Positions 8,345-17,945 of a DNA stretch of 64,000 bases are shown in pieces. The position numbers and the translations under genes are program-made. Source of the stretch: Flavobacterium sp. (GTDB lineage: Bacteria > Bacteroidota > Bacteroidia > Flavobacteriales > Flavobacteriaceae); assembly GCF_027531705.1 (NCBI RefSeq), contig NZ_JAPZSP010000019.1:1827-65826 (forward strand). The letters are read 5' to 3'. Under the pieces are notes generated by a model. The model had not been told where the DNA came from. It did no database searches and saw nothing but the letters and a program-made list of their open reading frames with translations. How positions within the stretch are numbered: the first letter of the stretch is position 1; each line of letters starts with the position of its first letter.

Positions 8345-10033
8345 ATGAAGGAAATTAAAAACATTTCGCGTTCTCGAGCGCAAGAATCGTCGGCAGCCAT
8401 CGAACGATTGTACATTACTATGAGACATTTATTCAACAGAGGTTTTTACAAACCAATGGGTGTTTCAGGAGAAACTTTAAGAGAAGCCTTATTAGCGCTT
8501 CGACCAGAAATTTACGGAAGTATTGCAGATGAAAAAGTAGAGCTTAACGGTTTGCTTTATGTAATAGAAAGGCTTCCAGTAGGCATTGAAGAATGTCGTT
8601 ACATCAACTTAACTTCGGATGAAGGCTATTCTAAATCACATTTTCAAGCAATAATTCCGCCAAAAAGAAGAAGAAATTGTTACAGAATTGATGAAGAACA
8701 AATGAATGTCGAAATCACACGTGGACGTTCAGACATCTACGATATTTTAACACATTTGACTTTTATTTTCATCGAATCTCACAAAATAAAAGACAGAGTT
8801 TTACTTGACGAAAGCAATGAAGTAACGCGCGATTGGTTAAAACTAGAACAAGCCGCTTTGCAAACCAAAAAGTTGACTCAAATAGAAAAAGAAAAAGCAA
8901 TTTCGCATACTTCTAACGTTTTAGGTAGAACTTTTGCTGAGGTTTTAGATATTTATGATGCTTTTGGCACAACCGAAAAACCAGACAGATTTCTACACGT
9001 TATTTACTGGTTAGGAAAAATTGCCATAGAAGAAGTTCTTGATAATAACAAGCGTACTATCACTTTCAGTCCAATTTTAAGAGAAAGACTCGGGCATCAT
9101 ATACATGGAGAAATATGGGCAACCAATATCAAAGAAGTTTTAAACGACAACAATCTTATTGATAGACCAATTCATATTATTAGTGCTAATATGCACTCGG
9201 TTATGAATTCAATTTTTGCGACACATGTTTTGGGAGTAAAATACAAAGGAAAATCAGAATACGATATTTACGAAGATTTAAGTGCTTCAGGCAGCAAAGA
9301 TTTGAGAAATAAAGTCGAAACTTTCGCTTTGCAACATGGTATGATTTCACTTCCAGATCAATCAGGAACCAATATTGATGTTCAGATTTTTGATACAGCC
9401 AAAATTGATTGGGCAAAATCAAGTTTTCCAAAAGCTTCTATAAAAGGTGAAAATCCCGTTATCATTGTAATGGATTATGCTTTTGGTGAGCAAGCTTATG
9501 AAACAATTGACGAGTTATTAAAACCTTTCAAAAACAAGAAAAACAACTTATTTTTGAATGTCGAATCAGTTTCAATAATGGGAAAAGCAGGTATTCTTCA
9601 AGGTGGAAAAGGCGACATTATGATTCCGAATGCACACATTAACGAAGGAACAGCAGATAATTATCCTTTTGAAAATGAATTGACAGCCAAAATGTTTGAA
9701 GGAAATGGCATTCCAGTATTTGCAGGACCAATGGTTACCGTTTTGGGAACATCACTTCAAAACAAAGACTTATTGAAATTTTTTCACGAGTCAACTTGGG
9801 GAGCAATTGGACTAGAAATGGAAGGTTCTTACTATCAAAAAGCCATACAATCGGCTTCTAAAATTAGAAAGAGTATAAATCCAAATGTAAAAGTTCGTTA
9901 TGCCTATTATGCATCAGATAATCCATTAGAAACAGGAAGTACATTAGCTTCTGGTGGACTTGGAACGACTGGTGTCAAACCAACGTATTTAATCACAATT
10001 AAAATAGTAGAACAAATTTTTAACATAAAATAA
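8345..10033 (+). CDS. Conserved Bacteroidota protein (DUF6909-like) with a nucleoside-phosphorylase-like C-terminal half
   Basis: ATG at 8345 follows a TACATTTG -7 box at 8316-8323. Motifs MGKAGIL..GKGDIMIP and GLEMEG. Confidence 0.7.
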   Translation: MKEIKNISRSRAQESSAAIERLYITMRHLFNRGFYKPMGVSGETLREALLALRPEIYGSIADEKVELNGLLYVIERLPVGIEECRYINLTSDEGYSKSHFQAIIPPKRRRNCYRIDEEQMNVEITRGRSDIYDILTHLTFIFIESHKIKDRVLLDESNEVTRDWLKLEQAALQTKKLTQIEKEKAISHTSNVLGRTFAEVLDIYDAFGTTEKPDRFLHVIYWLGKIAIEEVLDNNKRTITFSPILRERLGHHIHGEIWATNIKEVLNDNNLIDRPIHIISANMHSVMNSIFATHVLGVKYKGKSEYDIYEDLSASGSKDLRNKVETFALQHGMISLPDQSGTNIDVQIFDTAKIDWAKSSFPKASIKGENPVIIVMDYAFGEQAYETIDELLKPFKNKKNNLFLNVESVSIMGKAGILQGGKGDIMIPNAHINEGTADNYPFENELTAKMFEGNGIPVFAGPMVTVLGTSLQNKDLLKFFHESTWGAIGLEMEGSYYQKAIQSASKIRKSINPNVKVRYAYYASDNPLETGSTLASGGLGTTGVKPTYLITIKIVEQIFNIK

Positions 10034-10038
10034 TTAAA

Positions 10039-11040
10039 ATGAGCACAAACACAAATCACGACCAAGAAGAAATTGATTTAGGACAGTTGTTTGGAAAAAT
10101 AGGTAATTTTTTTAGTAATATAACTACAAGTATTTTCAAAGGAATTCTTTTTGTTCAAAAGAATATCATTTTATTAATAGCACTAGTTGTAGTTGGAGCA
10201 GGATTAGGTTATTATCTCGATTCTGAAACTAAAGTTTACAATCATGAAGTTATAGTTTCTCCTAATTTTGGAAGTGTTGATTATTTATATAATAAGATTA
10301 ATTTAATTAATTCAAGAATACAACAACGAGACACTTCATTTCTTAAATCAATTGGAATTGCCGAACCAAAAAACATTTCTAAAATAGCTATAAAACCAGT
10401 TATAGACATTTATAGTTTTGTTAACGAAAATAGGGGTACTGCAAACAACGCTGAAAACACACAAAACTTTGAATTAGTAAAATTATTAGCTGAAGATGGT
10501 GATATTAATAAAGTAATCAAAGATTCGTTAACAAGTAGAAACTATAATCATCATAAGATTTTAATAGTAACAGATGGTTTTACTACCAATAAACAAACAA
10601 TAGATCCGATATTAAATTATTTAAATGAGAGTAGTTTTTATAAAGAGTTTCAAAAAACATATATAAACAACTTTTACAGTAAAATTAATCAAAACCAAAT
10701 AGTTATAAAACAGATTGATACGTTATTAAGTCAATTTTCTAATAACATAAAAAATCAGAAAAATGACAAGTTAGTTTATTATAACGAAAACACACAATTA
10801 AATGGTCTAATTGATCAAAAGAATGGATTATTTAATGAAATTAATGGTATAAAAACACAATTGATTTCTTTAAATAAAATAATTTTAGACAAAAGTAGAG
10901 TCATTAATGTAAAAAACACAAAAGGATTAAACAATAAAATGAAGTTAGTGCTTCCTATTGTGTTCGTTTTTGGGTTTATATTCTTTAGTTTATTTTTATC
11001 TTTTTACAAAAAACAAAAAGCAAAACTTTCTAACAAATAA
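10039..11040 (+). CDS. Wzz-like polysaccharide chain-length/co-polymerase protein
   Basis: N-terminal EEIDLGQLF, TM helices near both ends, periplasmic coiled coil; upstream of rmlA. Confidence 0.65.
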   Translation: MSTNTNHDQEEIDLGQLFGKIGNFFSNITTSIFKGILFVQKNIILLIALVVVGAGLGYYLDSETKVYNHEVIVSPNFGSVDYLYNKINLINSRIQQRDTSFLKSIGIAEPKNISKIAIKPVIDIYSFVNENRGTANNAENTQNFELVKLLAEDGDINKVIKDSLTSRNYNHHKILIVTDGFTTNKQTIDPILNYLNESSFYKEFQKTYINNFYSKINQNQIVIKQIDTLLSQFSNNIKNQKNDKLVYYNENTQLNGLIDQKNGLFNEINGIKTQLISLNKIILDKSRVINVKNTKGLNNKMKLVLPIVFVFGFIFFSLFLSFYKKQKAKLSNK

Positions 11041-11052
11041 ATTTTTTAGTTT

Positions 11053-11916
11053 ATGAAAGGAATAATTTTAGCAGGTGGTTCGGGAACAAGATTGCATCCA
11101 CTTACAATAGCGGTTAGTAAACAACTAATGCCAATATACGACAAACCGATGATTTATTATCCGTTGTCAACGCTTATATGGTCTGGCATTAGAGAAATAT
11201 TAATTATTTCAACACCACATGATTTACCGCTTTTTAGAACACTTCTAGGTGACGGAAAAAAATTTGGATGCAGATTTGAATACGAAGTACAAGAACATCC
11301 AAATGGACTTGCAGAAGCATTCATAATCGGAAAAGAATTTATCGGAAATGATAAAGTAGCATTGGTTTTGGGCGATAATATTTTTTACGGAACTGGACTT
11401 GCTAATTTGCTACAAGCTAATAACAATCCTGATGGTGGAATTATTTATGCTTATCATGTTCACGACCCTGAACGTTATGGAGTTGTAGATTTTGATAAAG
11501 AAGGAAAAGTGCTTTCTATTGAAGAGAAACCTCAAGTTCCAAAGTCAAATTATGCTGTACCTGGAATTTATTTTTATGATAATGATGTCGTAGAAATTGC
11601 TTCTAATATTAAACCAAGTCATCGAGGTGAAATTGAAATAACCGATGTGAACAAAGAATATCTTCGTAGAGGAAAACTAAAAGTTAGTATTCTTGACAGA
11701 GGAACTGCTTGGTTTGACACAGGAACTTTTAATTCGCTAATGCAAGCTTCACAATTTGTTCAAGTTATTGAAGAACGACAAGGATTAAAAATTGGTTCGA
11801 TTGAAGAAGCAGCTTATAGAATGGGATTTATTGATAAAGACCAATTGAAATTGCTTGCAGAACCATTGTTAAAAAGTGGGTATGGAAATCATTTAATGAG
11901 TATTTTACAAGAATAA
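11053..11916 (+). CDS. rfbA: Glucose-1-phosphate thymidylyltransferase (RmlA)
   Basis: [45 protein letters not shown]. Confidence 0.97.
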   Translation: MKGIILAGGSGTRLHPLTIAVSKQLMPIYDKPMIYYPLSTLIWSGIREILIISTPHDLPLFRTLLGDGKKFGCRFEYEVQEHPNGLAEAFIIGKEFIGNDKVALVLGDNIFYGTGLANLLQANNNPDGGIIYAYHVHDPERYGVVDFDKEGKVLSIEEKPQVPKSNYAVPGIYFYDNDVVEIASNIKPSHRGEIEITDVNKEYLRRGKLKVSILDRGTAWFDTGTFNSLMQASQFVQVIEERQGLKIGSIEEAAYRMGFIDKDQLKLLAEPLLKSGYGNHLMSILQE

Positions 11917-11917
11917 T

Positions 11918-12469
11918 ATGAATTTTATAGCCACAAAACTAGAAGGTTGTTATATTATTGAGCCAAAAATAATAACAGATGAAAGAGGCTATTTCATGGA
12001 AAGTTTCAATGAGAGAACTTTTCAGAAAGGTGTAGGTCAAGAAGTTCATTTTGTTCAAGACAACCAATCTTTTTCAACCAGAGGCGTTTTGCGCGGATTG
12101 CATTATCAAACAGGAGAGCATGCTCAAGCCAAATTGGTAAGAGTTCTGCAAGGAGAAGTTTTAGACGTAGCGGTAGATATTCGTCCAAATTCTGCGACAT
12201 ACGGACAGTTTGAAGCAATATTGTTATCAGGTGAAAATCAAAAACAATTTTTTATACCTAGAGGTTTTGCTCACGGTTTTTTAGTATTGAGCGAAACGGC
12301 AACATTTTTTTATAAATGTGATAATTTTTACAATAAAGAAAGCGAAGGCGGATTACTTTATAACGATAAAAGTATAGGAATTAATTGGAATTTTAACGAG
12401 AGTGATTTAATTATTTCAGAAAAAGATCAAATTCTTCCAACTCTTGAAAACGCCAAAAAAGTATGGTAG
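11918..12469 (+). CDS. rfbC: dTDP-4-dehydrorhamnose 3,5-epimerase (RmlC)
   Basis: DERGYFMESF, QDNQSFS..GVLRGLHYQ, GFAHGF. Confidence 0.97.
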   Translation: MNFIATKLEGCYIIEPKIITDERGYFMESFNERTFQKGVGQEVHFVQDNQSFSTRGVLRGLHYQTGEHAQAKLVRVLQGEVLDVAVDIRPNSATYGQFEAILLSGENQKQFFIPRGFAHGFLVLSETATFFYKCDNFYNKESEGGLLYNDKSIGINWNFNESDLIISEKDQILPTLENAKKVW

Positions 12470-13353
12470 TTTTAGTAACAGGTGCAAACGGACAATTAGG
12501 ACAATCTCTTCAATTTATTGCTGATAATTATCCTCAAATAGATTTTGTTTTCTGTTCATCGTCTGAACTTGACATTACCAATTTAGATACTTGTAAAGCG
12601 GTTTTTTCAAAGTATAAGCCCAATTATTGTATCAATACAGCAGCCTACACAGCCGTTGATAAAGCCGAAAGTGAAACAGAAAAAGCAATTGCTATAAATG
12701 TAACTGGAGCCAAAAACCTAGCATTAGTATGTAAAGAACAGGATTCGGTTTTGTTACATGTTTCAACCGATTTTGTTTTTGACGGAAATAAGAAAGCGTC
12801 ATATACTGAAGATGATGTTCCTAACCCAACAGGAGTTTATGGACAAACCAAGTTAGATGGTGAAAAAGCAATTCAAGAGGCTTTTGAAAATTATTTCATA
12901 ATAAGAACATCTTGGGTTTACTCACAATTTGGAAATAATTTCATGAAAACCATGTTACGATTGGCATCAGAAAGAGATAGTTTGTCAGTAGTAAATGACC
13001 AAATAGGAACACCAACAAACGCTGTTGATTTAGCGGAAGTTTTAGTTAGTATGGTTTGTCACACTGAGCGCAGTCGAAGTGCTTCCTCCAATCTCCAACC
13101 TCCAACTTCCAACCTTTTCGGAATTTATAATTTTTCCAACGAAGGTCAATGTTCATGGTACGATTTTGCTAAAAAAATATTTGAATTTAATGGCATTAAA
13201 ATTGATTTAAAACCAATTCCAACCACTAGTTTTCCAACTCCAGCCAAAAGGCCAGCTTATAGTGTTTTAGACAAAAGCAAAATAAAAAATGTATTTGGTA
13301 TTGATATAAAAAATTGGGAAGAAAGCTTAAAGACTTTAATTTTTCCATCATAA
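12463..13353 (+). CDS. rfbD: dTDP-4-dehydrorhamnose reductase (RmlD) with an in-frame repeat-derived insertion
   Basis: TGANGQLG, AAYTAVDKAE, STDFVFDG, YGQTK, RPAYS; extra segment CHTERSRSASSNLQPPTSN. Confidence 0.95.
   Translation: MVVLVTGANGQLGQSLQFIADNYPQIDFVFCSSSELDITNLDTCKAVFSKYKPNYCINTAAYTAVDKAESETEKAIAINVTGAKNLALVCKEQDSVLLHVSTDFVFDGNKKASYTEDDVPNPTGVYGQTKLDGEKAIQEAFENYFIIRTSWVYSQFGNNFMKTMLRLASERDSLSVVNDQIGTPTNAVDLAEVLVSMVCHTERSRSASSNLQPPTSNLFGIYNFSNEGQCSWYDFAKKIFEFNGIKIDLKPIPTTSFPTPAKRPAYSVLDKSKIKNVFGIDIKNWEESLKTLIFPS
13057..13113 (+). repeat. 25-bp REP-like element (copy 2) followed by four heptamers, inside rmlD
   Basis: TGTCACACTGAGCGCAGTCGAAGTG (13057-13081), then CTCCAAT CTCCAAC CTCCAAC TTCCAAC (13086-13113). 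Confidence 0.9.
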
Positions 13354-13464
13354 AGGAAAATTATCTAGTTTATTTTAGATTATAATGGAAAACCAGCTAC
13401 TTTTTATATCAATTTTTTTATTGTGTTAAAACAAAATAACCTAGTAATTTTAAATAATTAGTTT

Positions 13465-13513
13465 AAATTTACAAGTTTAATTGATGTAAAATCAAATTAA
13501 ACTTGTAAATTTG
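13465..13513. promoter_or_regulatory. Perfect 18-bp inverted repeat overlapping the -7 promoter box of the second ATPase gene; putative operator
   Basis: AAATTTACAAGTTTAATT (13465-13482) / AATTAAACTTGTAAATTT (13495-13512); TAAATTTG at 13506-13513. Confidence 0.7.
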
Positions 13514-13527
13514 CAAAAAATAGATTA

Positions 13528-14700
13528 ATGATTACTCGCGAATTAAGTATAGAAATAATTCCTCTGTTGGATTTTTTCCCTTGTGTAGCCATTCTTGGTT
13601 CTAGACAAGTTGGGAAAACTACTTTTGTAAAAAATTTGCAACCTTTTATAGACAAACCTATTTTATATTTAGATTTAGAAGATACTAATGATTACGAAAT
13701 TTTAAGCACTAATGCCCAGTGGTTTCTTACTCAAAATAAGGAAAAACTAATCATTATTGACGAAATTCAAAGAGAAACCAAATTATTTCCATTACTCCGT
13801 TCCTTAATTGACAAACAAGATAAACCGGGACAATTAATACTATTAGGTTCTGCATCACCAGAATTATTAGCTAAAAGCTCCGAAACATTAGCAGGAAGAA
13901 TAGTTTACAAAGAGCTTACACCTTTAACTCGATTTGAAACACTTCAATATTCTCAGGAAGAACATTGGTTTAGAGGTGGTTATCCCAAAGCGTTTTTAGC
14001 ACCAAATGATTTTTTGTGGCAACAATGGCATCAAGCCTATTTAAAAACGTATGTAGAAACCGATTTGAGAATGTTAGGCTTAAACGCATCGCCCATTTTA
14101 ATTACCAAATTGCTACGAATGATTGCCTCTATTCAAGGTTCGGTTATTAATTATTCTATGTTAGGTAACGCATTAGGAATAACAAGTGTTCAAGTAAAAA
14201 AGTATATTGATTTTTTAGAGCATTCGTTCATTATCAGAAGAATAGAACCTTTTTATATCAACATCGGAAAACGATTAGTAAAAAGCCCGAAAATATACAT
14301 TCGAGATACTGGAATATTACATTCAATTTTACAAATTAATTCTTATGACGAGTTAATTTCCAATCCAATAGCCGGAAATTCTTGGGAAGGATATGTAATC
14401 GAACAGATAATATCAAAGTTAAATAGTAATTGCACACCTTATTTTTATAGAACCCAAAGTGGCGCAGAAGTTGATATGTGTATTACAAAAGGAAATGAAA
14501 TTATTGCAACTATTGAAATAAAATTGTCAAACAATCCAAAGATAAGTAGAGGAAATACAGAATCAATTAACGATTTAAAAACCAAATCAAATTTTATAGT
14601 TACTTTTGGAAATTCAGATTATCAACTAAATGAATTTTGGAAAGTAGTTGATTTGAAAACACTATATAAAGAGTTAAAAAAATTAAATATTACAAAATAA
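13528..14700 (+). CDS. Second AAA_14 + wHTH + DUF4143 ATPase
   Basis: GSRQVGKT, IIIDEIQ, LGSAS, LAGR, GGYP, HTH NYSMLGNALGITSVQVKKYI, YFYRTQSGAEVD..IEIK. Confidence 0.9.
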   Translation: MITRELSIEIIPLLDFFPCVAILGSRQVGKTTFVKNLQPFIDKPILYLDLEDTNDYEILSTNAQWFLTQNKEKLIIIDEIQRETKLFPLLRSLIDKQDKPGQLILLGSASPELLAKSSETLAGRIVYKELTPLTRFETLQYSQEEHWFRGGYPKAFLAPNDFLWQQWHQAYLKTYVETDLRMLGLNASPILITKLLRMIASIQGSVINYSMLGNALGITSVQVKKYIDFLEHSFIIRRIEPFYINIGKRLVKSPKIYIRDTGILHSILQINSYDELISNPIAGNSWEGYVIEQIISKLNSNCTPYFYRTQSGAEVDMCITKGNEIIATIEIKLSNNPKISRGNTESINDLKTKSNFIVTFGNSDYQLNEFWKVVDLKTLYKELKKLNITK

Positions 14701-14702
14701 CC

Positions 14703-16841
14703 TTGAAAAAGAAACTTACTCTTATCGGAATTCTGCTATTTAATTTGTCACTACTTTTTGCTCAAAAAACAAGCAAAATAGAAGTGGAATATTCCGACTT
14801 TGCCGATGTTAATCAGGTTGAACTTCCTGATGCATTATTATTAACAGGAAATGTTAGAGTTAGTCATGATGGAATAATAATGACTTGTAACAAAGCCTAT
14901 TATTATCAAAAAGAAAATTACATAAAAGCTTTTGGTGATGTCGAAATGATTCAAGGCGACACGTTAACAATGACCAGTAAATATGCCGAATATAATGGTG
15001 CCATAAAAAAAGCATACGCTTCGGGAAATGTAGTTATGGATTCACCAGAATCTACCTTAACTACCGATACAATCTATTTTGACAGAAATATTCAAGAAGT
15101 TTATTTTAATAGTAATGGAACGATTGTAAATAAAAACAATACTTTAAAAAGTAAAGCGGGTCGTTACTATGTAAAAGAAAAAAAATACCAGTTTTTGTCA
15201 GCAGTAGAGTTGAAAAATCCTGAATACACAATAAAATCCAATCATTTAGATTACAAAACAACCCAAGGAAATTCGGTTTTAAAAGGACCTTCAACTATTG
15301 TTGGTAAAGAAACCTTTATTTACACCGAAAACGGACATTATAATAGCAAGAAAAACACGGGATATTTTCTGCAAAAATCCTATATAAAATACAAAGATCG
15401 ATTGATAGAAGGTGACAGTTTATATTATGATAGAAAAATTGAATATGCCGCAGGAACCAATAATGTAAAAATTACCGATTCAATAAACAAAGCTATTGTT
15501 AAAGGTCATTATGGTGAAGTCTTTAAACAAAAGGATTCGGTTTATATAACTAAACATGCTTCTATTCGATTTTTATCTGAGAAAGATTCCATGTTTATTC
15601 ATGCCAAAAAGATTTTTCTAACAGGAAAAACAGGTGAAAGAGTTATAAGAGGACAAAAGAATGTTCGCTTTTACAAAACAGATTTGAGTGGTAAGTGCGA
15701 TTCAATTCATTCCGATCAAAAAAAGGCGCTTACTCAATTGATAGGAAAACCAATTTTATGGAATTTTGATAACCAATTAACAGGCGATTTAATGCACTTA
15801 ATTGGTAATAACAAAACCGAAAAAATAGATTCATTAAAAGTTTTGAATAACTCGTTTATAATATCAAAAGACACGGTTGGAACGGGTTATAATCAGGTTA
15901 AAGGACTCAATTTGTATTCCAAGTTCAAGAATAATAAAATATACGAAACCGATGTTGTCAAAAACGCAGAGGTTATTTTTTATATGCGAAATGACGCCCA
16001 AGAACTCATAGGCATTAACAAGTCTGTTTGTAGCAAGATAAACATGATAATGGATGATAATAACAAAATAGAAACCATTACGTTGTTCAACAATCCAGAT
16101 GGCGACATTTTTCCAGAAAAAGACCTACCCGAAAACGCAAGATTACTAAGAGGTTTTGAATGGCGTGGCGACGAACGAATAAAAAGTAAAGACGATATTT
16201 ATCCAGCTGATGAGGTTGAGTTGCATAATGCTATTGTTTTGAGGAGTAAAGAGAAGTATGAAGAGGAGAAAATAGGACGGGATATCGAAGAGAATAAATT
16301 AAAAGATAAGCTAACGGGAGATGATGTTTACAATGAGATTTTTAAAAAATACAATAATAGATTAGTAAGAGACAAAAACAACCAACTTTTCTTAGTTAAA
16401 AATTTTAAGTTTAAGTTTTCTTATGAAGCCAAAATTATAGATCAATATAAAAAAAAGCATCCAAAATATAAGGATGAAATTAAAATTGATACTGTTTTAT
16501 GGGATTTTAAAAGTATGCAATATGGCAAATACGATGGCGGATTATTTTACGGAGAAGAAGTGTCATCGGAGATTGAATATCCAAAAAAAGAATATTTGAC
16601 CTATGAAGAAATTTTTGAGCTTTATGATGGCAGAATTATTATTGATAAAAACTCTCAAGAGCTTTTAGTAAAAAACGGTAAATTTAACTTTCCAACCGAT
16701 AGAGTTTCATTCAAAATCACCAATAAAGAAAGTCCAAATTACAGGAAAATTATAAGAATAAACCAAGCTTTATGGGATTGGAAAACAATGCAATTTGGTA
16801 AATATTATGGGGATACTTTATCGGGAAATGAAAAAGAATAA
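14703..16841 (+). CDS. OstA/LptA-like beta-jellyroll protein with an unusual duplicated C-terminal domain
   Basis: TTG start, signal peptide, LLTGNVRVSHDGIIMTCNKAYYY..N..KAFG, GKCDSIH, FEWRGDERI; then two repeats with a 91-aa period. Confidence 0.8.
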   Translation: MKKKLTLIGILLFNLSLLFAQKTSKIEVEYSDFADVNQVELPDALLLTGNVRVSHDGIIMTCNKAYYYQKENYIKAFGDVEMIQGDTLTMTSKYAEYNGAIKKAYASGNVVMDSPESTLTTDTIYFDRNIQEVYFNSNGTIVNKNNTLKSKAGRYYVKEKKYQFLSAVELKNPEYTIKSNHLDYKTTQGNSVLKGPSTIVGKETFIYTENGHYNSKKNTGYFLQKSYIKYKDRLIEGDSLYYDRKIEYAAGTNNVKITDSINKAIVKGHYGEVFKQKDSVYITKHASIRFLSEKDSMFIHAKKIFLTGKTGERVIRGQKNVRFYKTDLSGKCDSIHSDQKKALTQLIGKPILWNFDNQLTGDLMHLIGNNKTEKIDSLKVLNNSFIISKDTVGTGYNQVKGLNLYSKFKNNKIYETDVVKNAEVIFYMRNDAQELIGINKSVCSKINMIMDDNNKIETITLFNNPDGDIFPEKDLPENARLLRGFEWRGDERIKSKDDIYPADEVELHNAIVLRSKEKYEEEKIGRDIEENKLKDKLTGDDVYNEIFKKYNNRLVRDKNNQLFLVKNFKFKFSYEAKIIDQYKKKHPKYKDEIKIDTVLWDFKSMQYGKYDGGLFYGEEVSSEIEYPKKEYLTYEEIFELYDGRIIIDKNSQELLVKNGKFNFPTDRVSFKITNKESPNYRKIIRINQALWDWKTMQFGKYYGDTLSGNEKE

Positions 16842-17038
16842 TTTTTATATTTTTATAAACTTTTGAATGGAAAAAACAGATTTCTACTAAAATTATTCTT
16901 AAAACATTTTACTTTAAATTTATTTATAGTAAATTAAAGAAAGCTATTATGATTTTCAATAAATTTTGTAAATTTATAGTATTAAATTTTATTTAAAAAA
17001 GAAGTTTGAATTTTTGATAACTTTAATTCCATAGAAAA

Positions 17039-17938
17039 ATGAAAAAAGGGATAACGATTATTTTTTTATTTTCAAACTTGTTTGTTTTAGCGCAACCAGT
17101 ATTGAACGAGTCTAATTATGACCCAAATTTTTTTGCAAATGTATTTTGTCACACTATTGCTTCAGGAATTGGAGTTGGTTTACCAGCGAATGGGGAAAAT
17201 GTAACATGGAATTATTCTAGTTTTCCTACTACTCCTTGTGGCACATATATGACAATTCCTTTAAATACAGATCTTTTAGGTGCTTTTCCTACTGCAACTT
17301 ATGCTGATAGTTTTCAGCAGAATAGTTATTCAGTTCATAAGATATATTCTTTAAACTCAATTGAACATAAAACCATTGCGGTTCAGTATAATGATGGAAG
17401 TTGGAATCCATTTATATGTGAGTCACAAATATTCCCCTACAATTATCAAGATGTTTTTTGTAATGTTCCCTATTTAGGATATGGTACTCTAATTACTCCC
17501 TTTTCTACTCATGAAAATGTTATCATGACAAAAGAGACATGGTCTGTTCATTTATCAGTTGCAGGTTATTTTTATAGATGGTATAGCATAAATCCCTATA
17601 GGTTGATTGCAATGATGCGATCTACGCCAACTTTTCCATATTCTATGGAGTTTTATGAATACAACAATCTTTCATCAAATGACAACACTAAAAACAATGA
17701 ATTTGAAATTTACCCAAATCCAACAAATGGTGATTTATTTATAAGAATCGGGAATGATTTACAAGCCAACTATTTTTCTATTTATGATATTACAGGAAAA
17801 GAATTAATCCAAAAAGAAAAGATAGATGATATTTCAAATAAAATCAATCTTACCGATTTTTCATCAGGTATATACTTCATAAAAATTTATGACAAAAAAG
17901 GTCAAATTGTAGGGCATAAAAAAATTGTCAAGAATTAA
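17039..17938 (+). CDS. T9SS type-A CTD-containing secreted protein of unknown function
   Basis: Signal peptide; C-terminal IYPNPT...IYDITGK...SGIYFIKI...KKIVKN. Confidence 0.85.
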   Translation: MKKGITIIFLFSNLFVLAQPVLNESNYDPNFFANVFCHTIASGIGVGLPANGENVTWNYSSFPTTPCGTYMTIPLNTDLLGAFPTATYADSFQQNSYSVHKIYSLNSIEHKTIAVQYNDGSWNPFICESQIFPYNYQDVFCNVPYLGYGTLITPFSTHENVIMTKETWSVHLSVAGYFYRWYSINPYRLIAMMRSTPTFPYSMEFYEYNNLSSNDNTKNNEFEIYPNPTNGDLFIRIGNDLQANYFSIYDITGKELIQKEKIDDISNKINLTDFSSGIYFIKIYDKKGQIVGHKKIVKN

Positions 17939-17945
17939 TTTTTAA

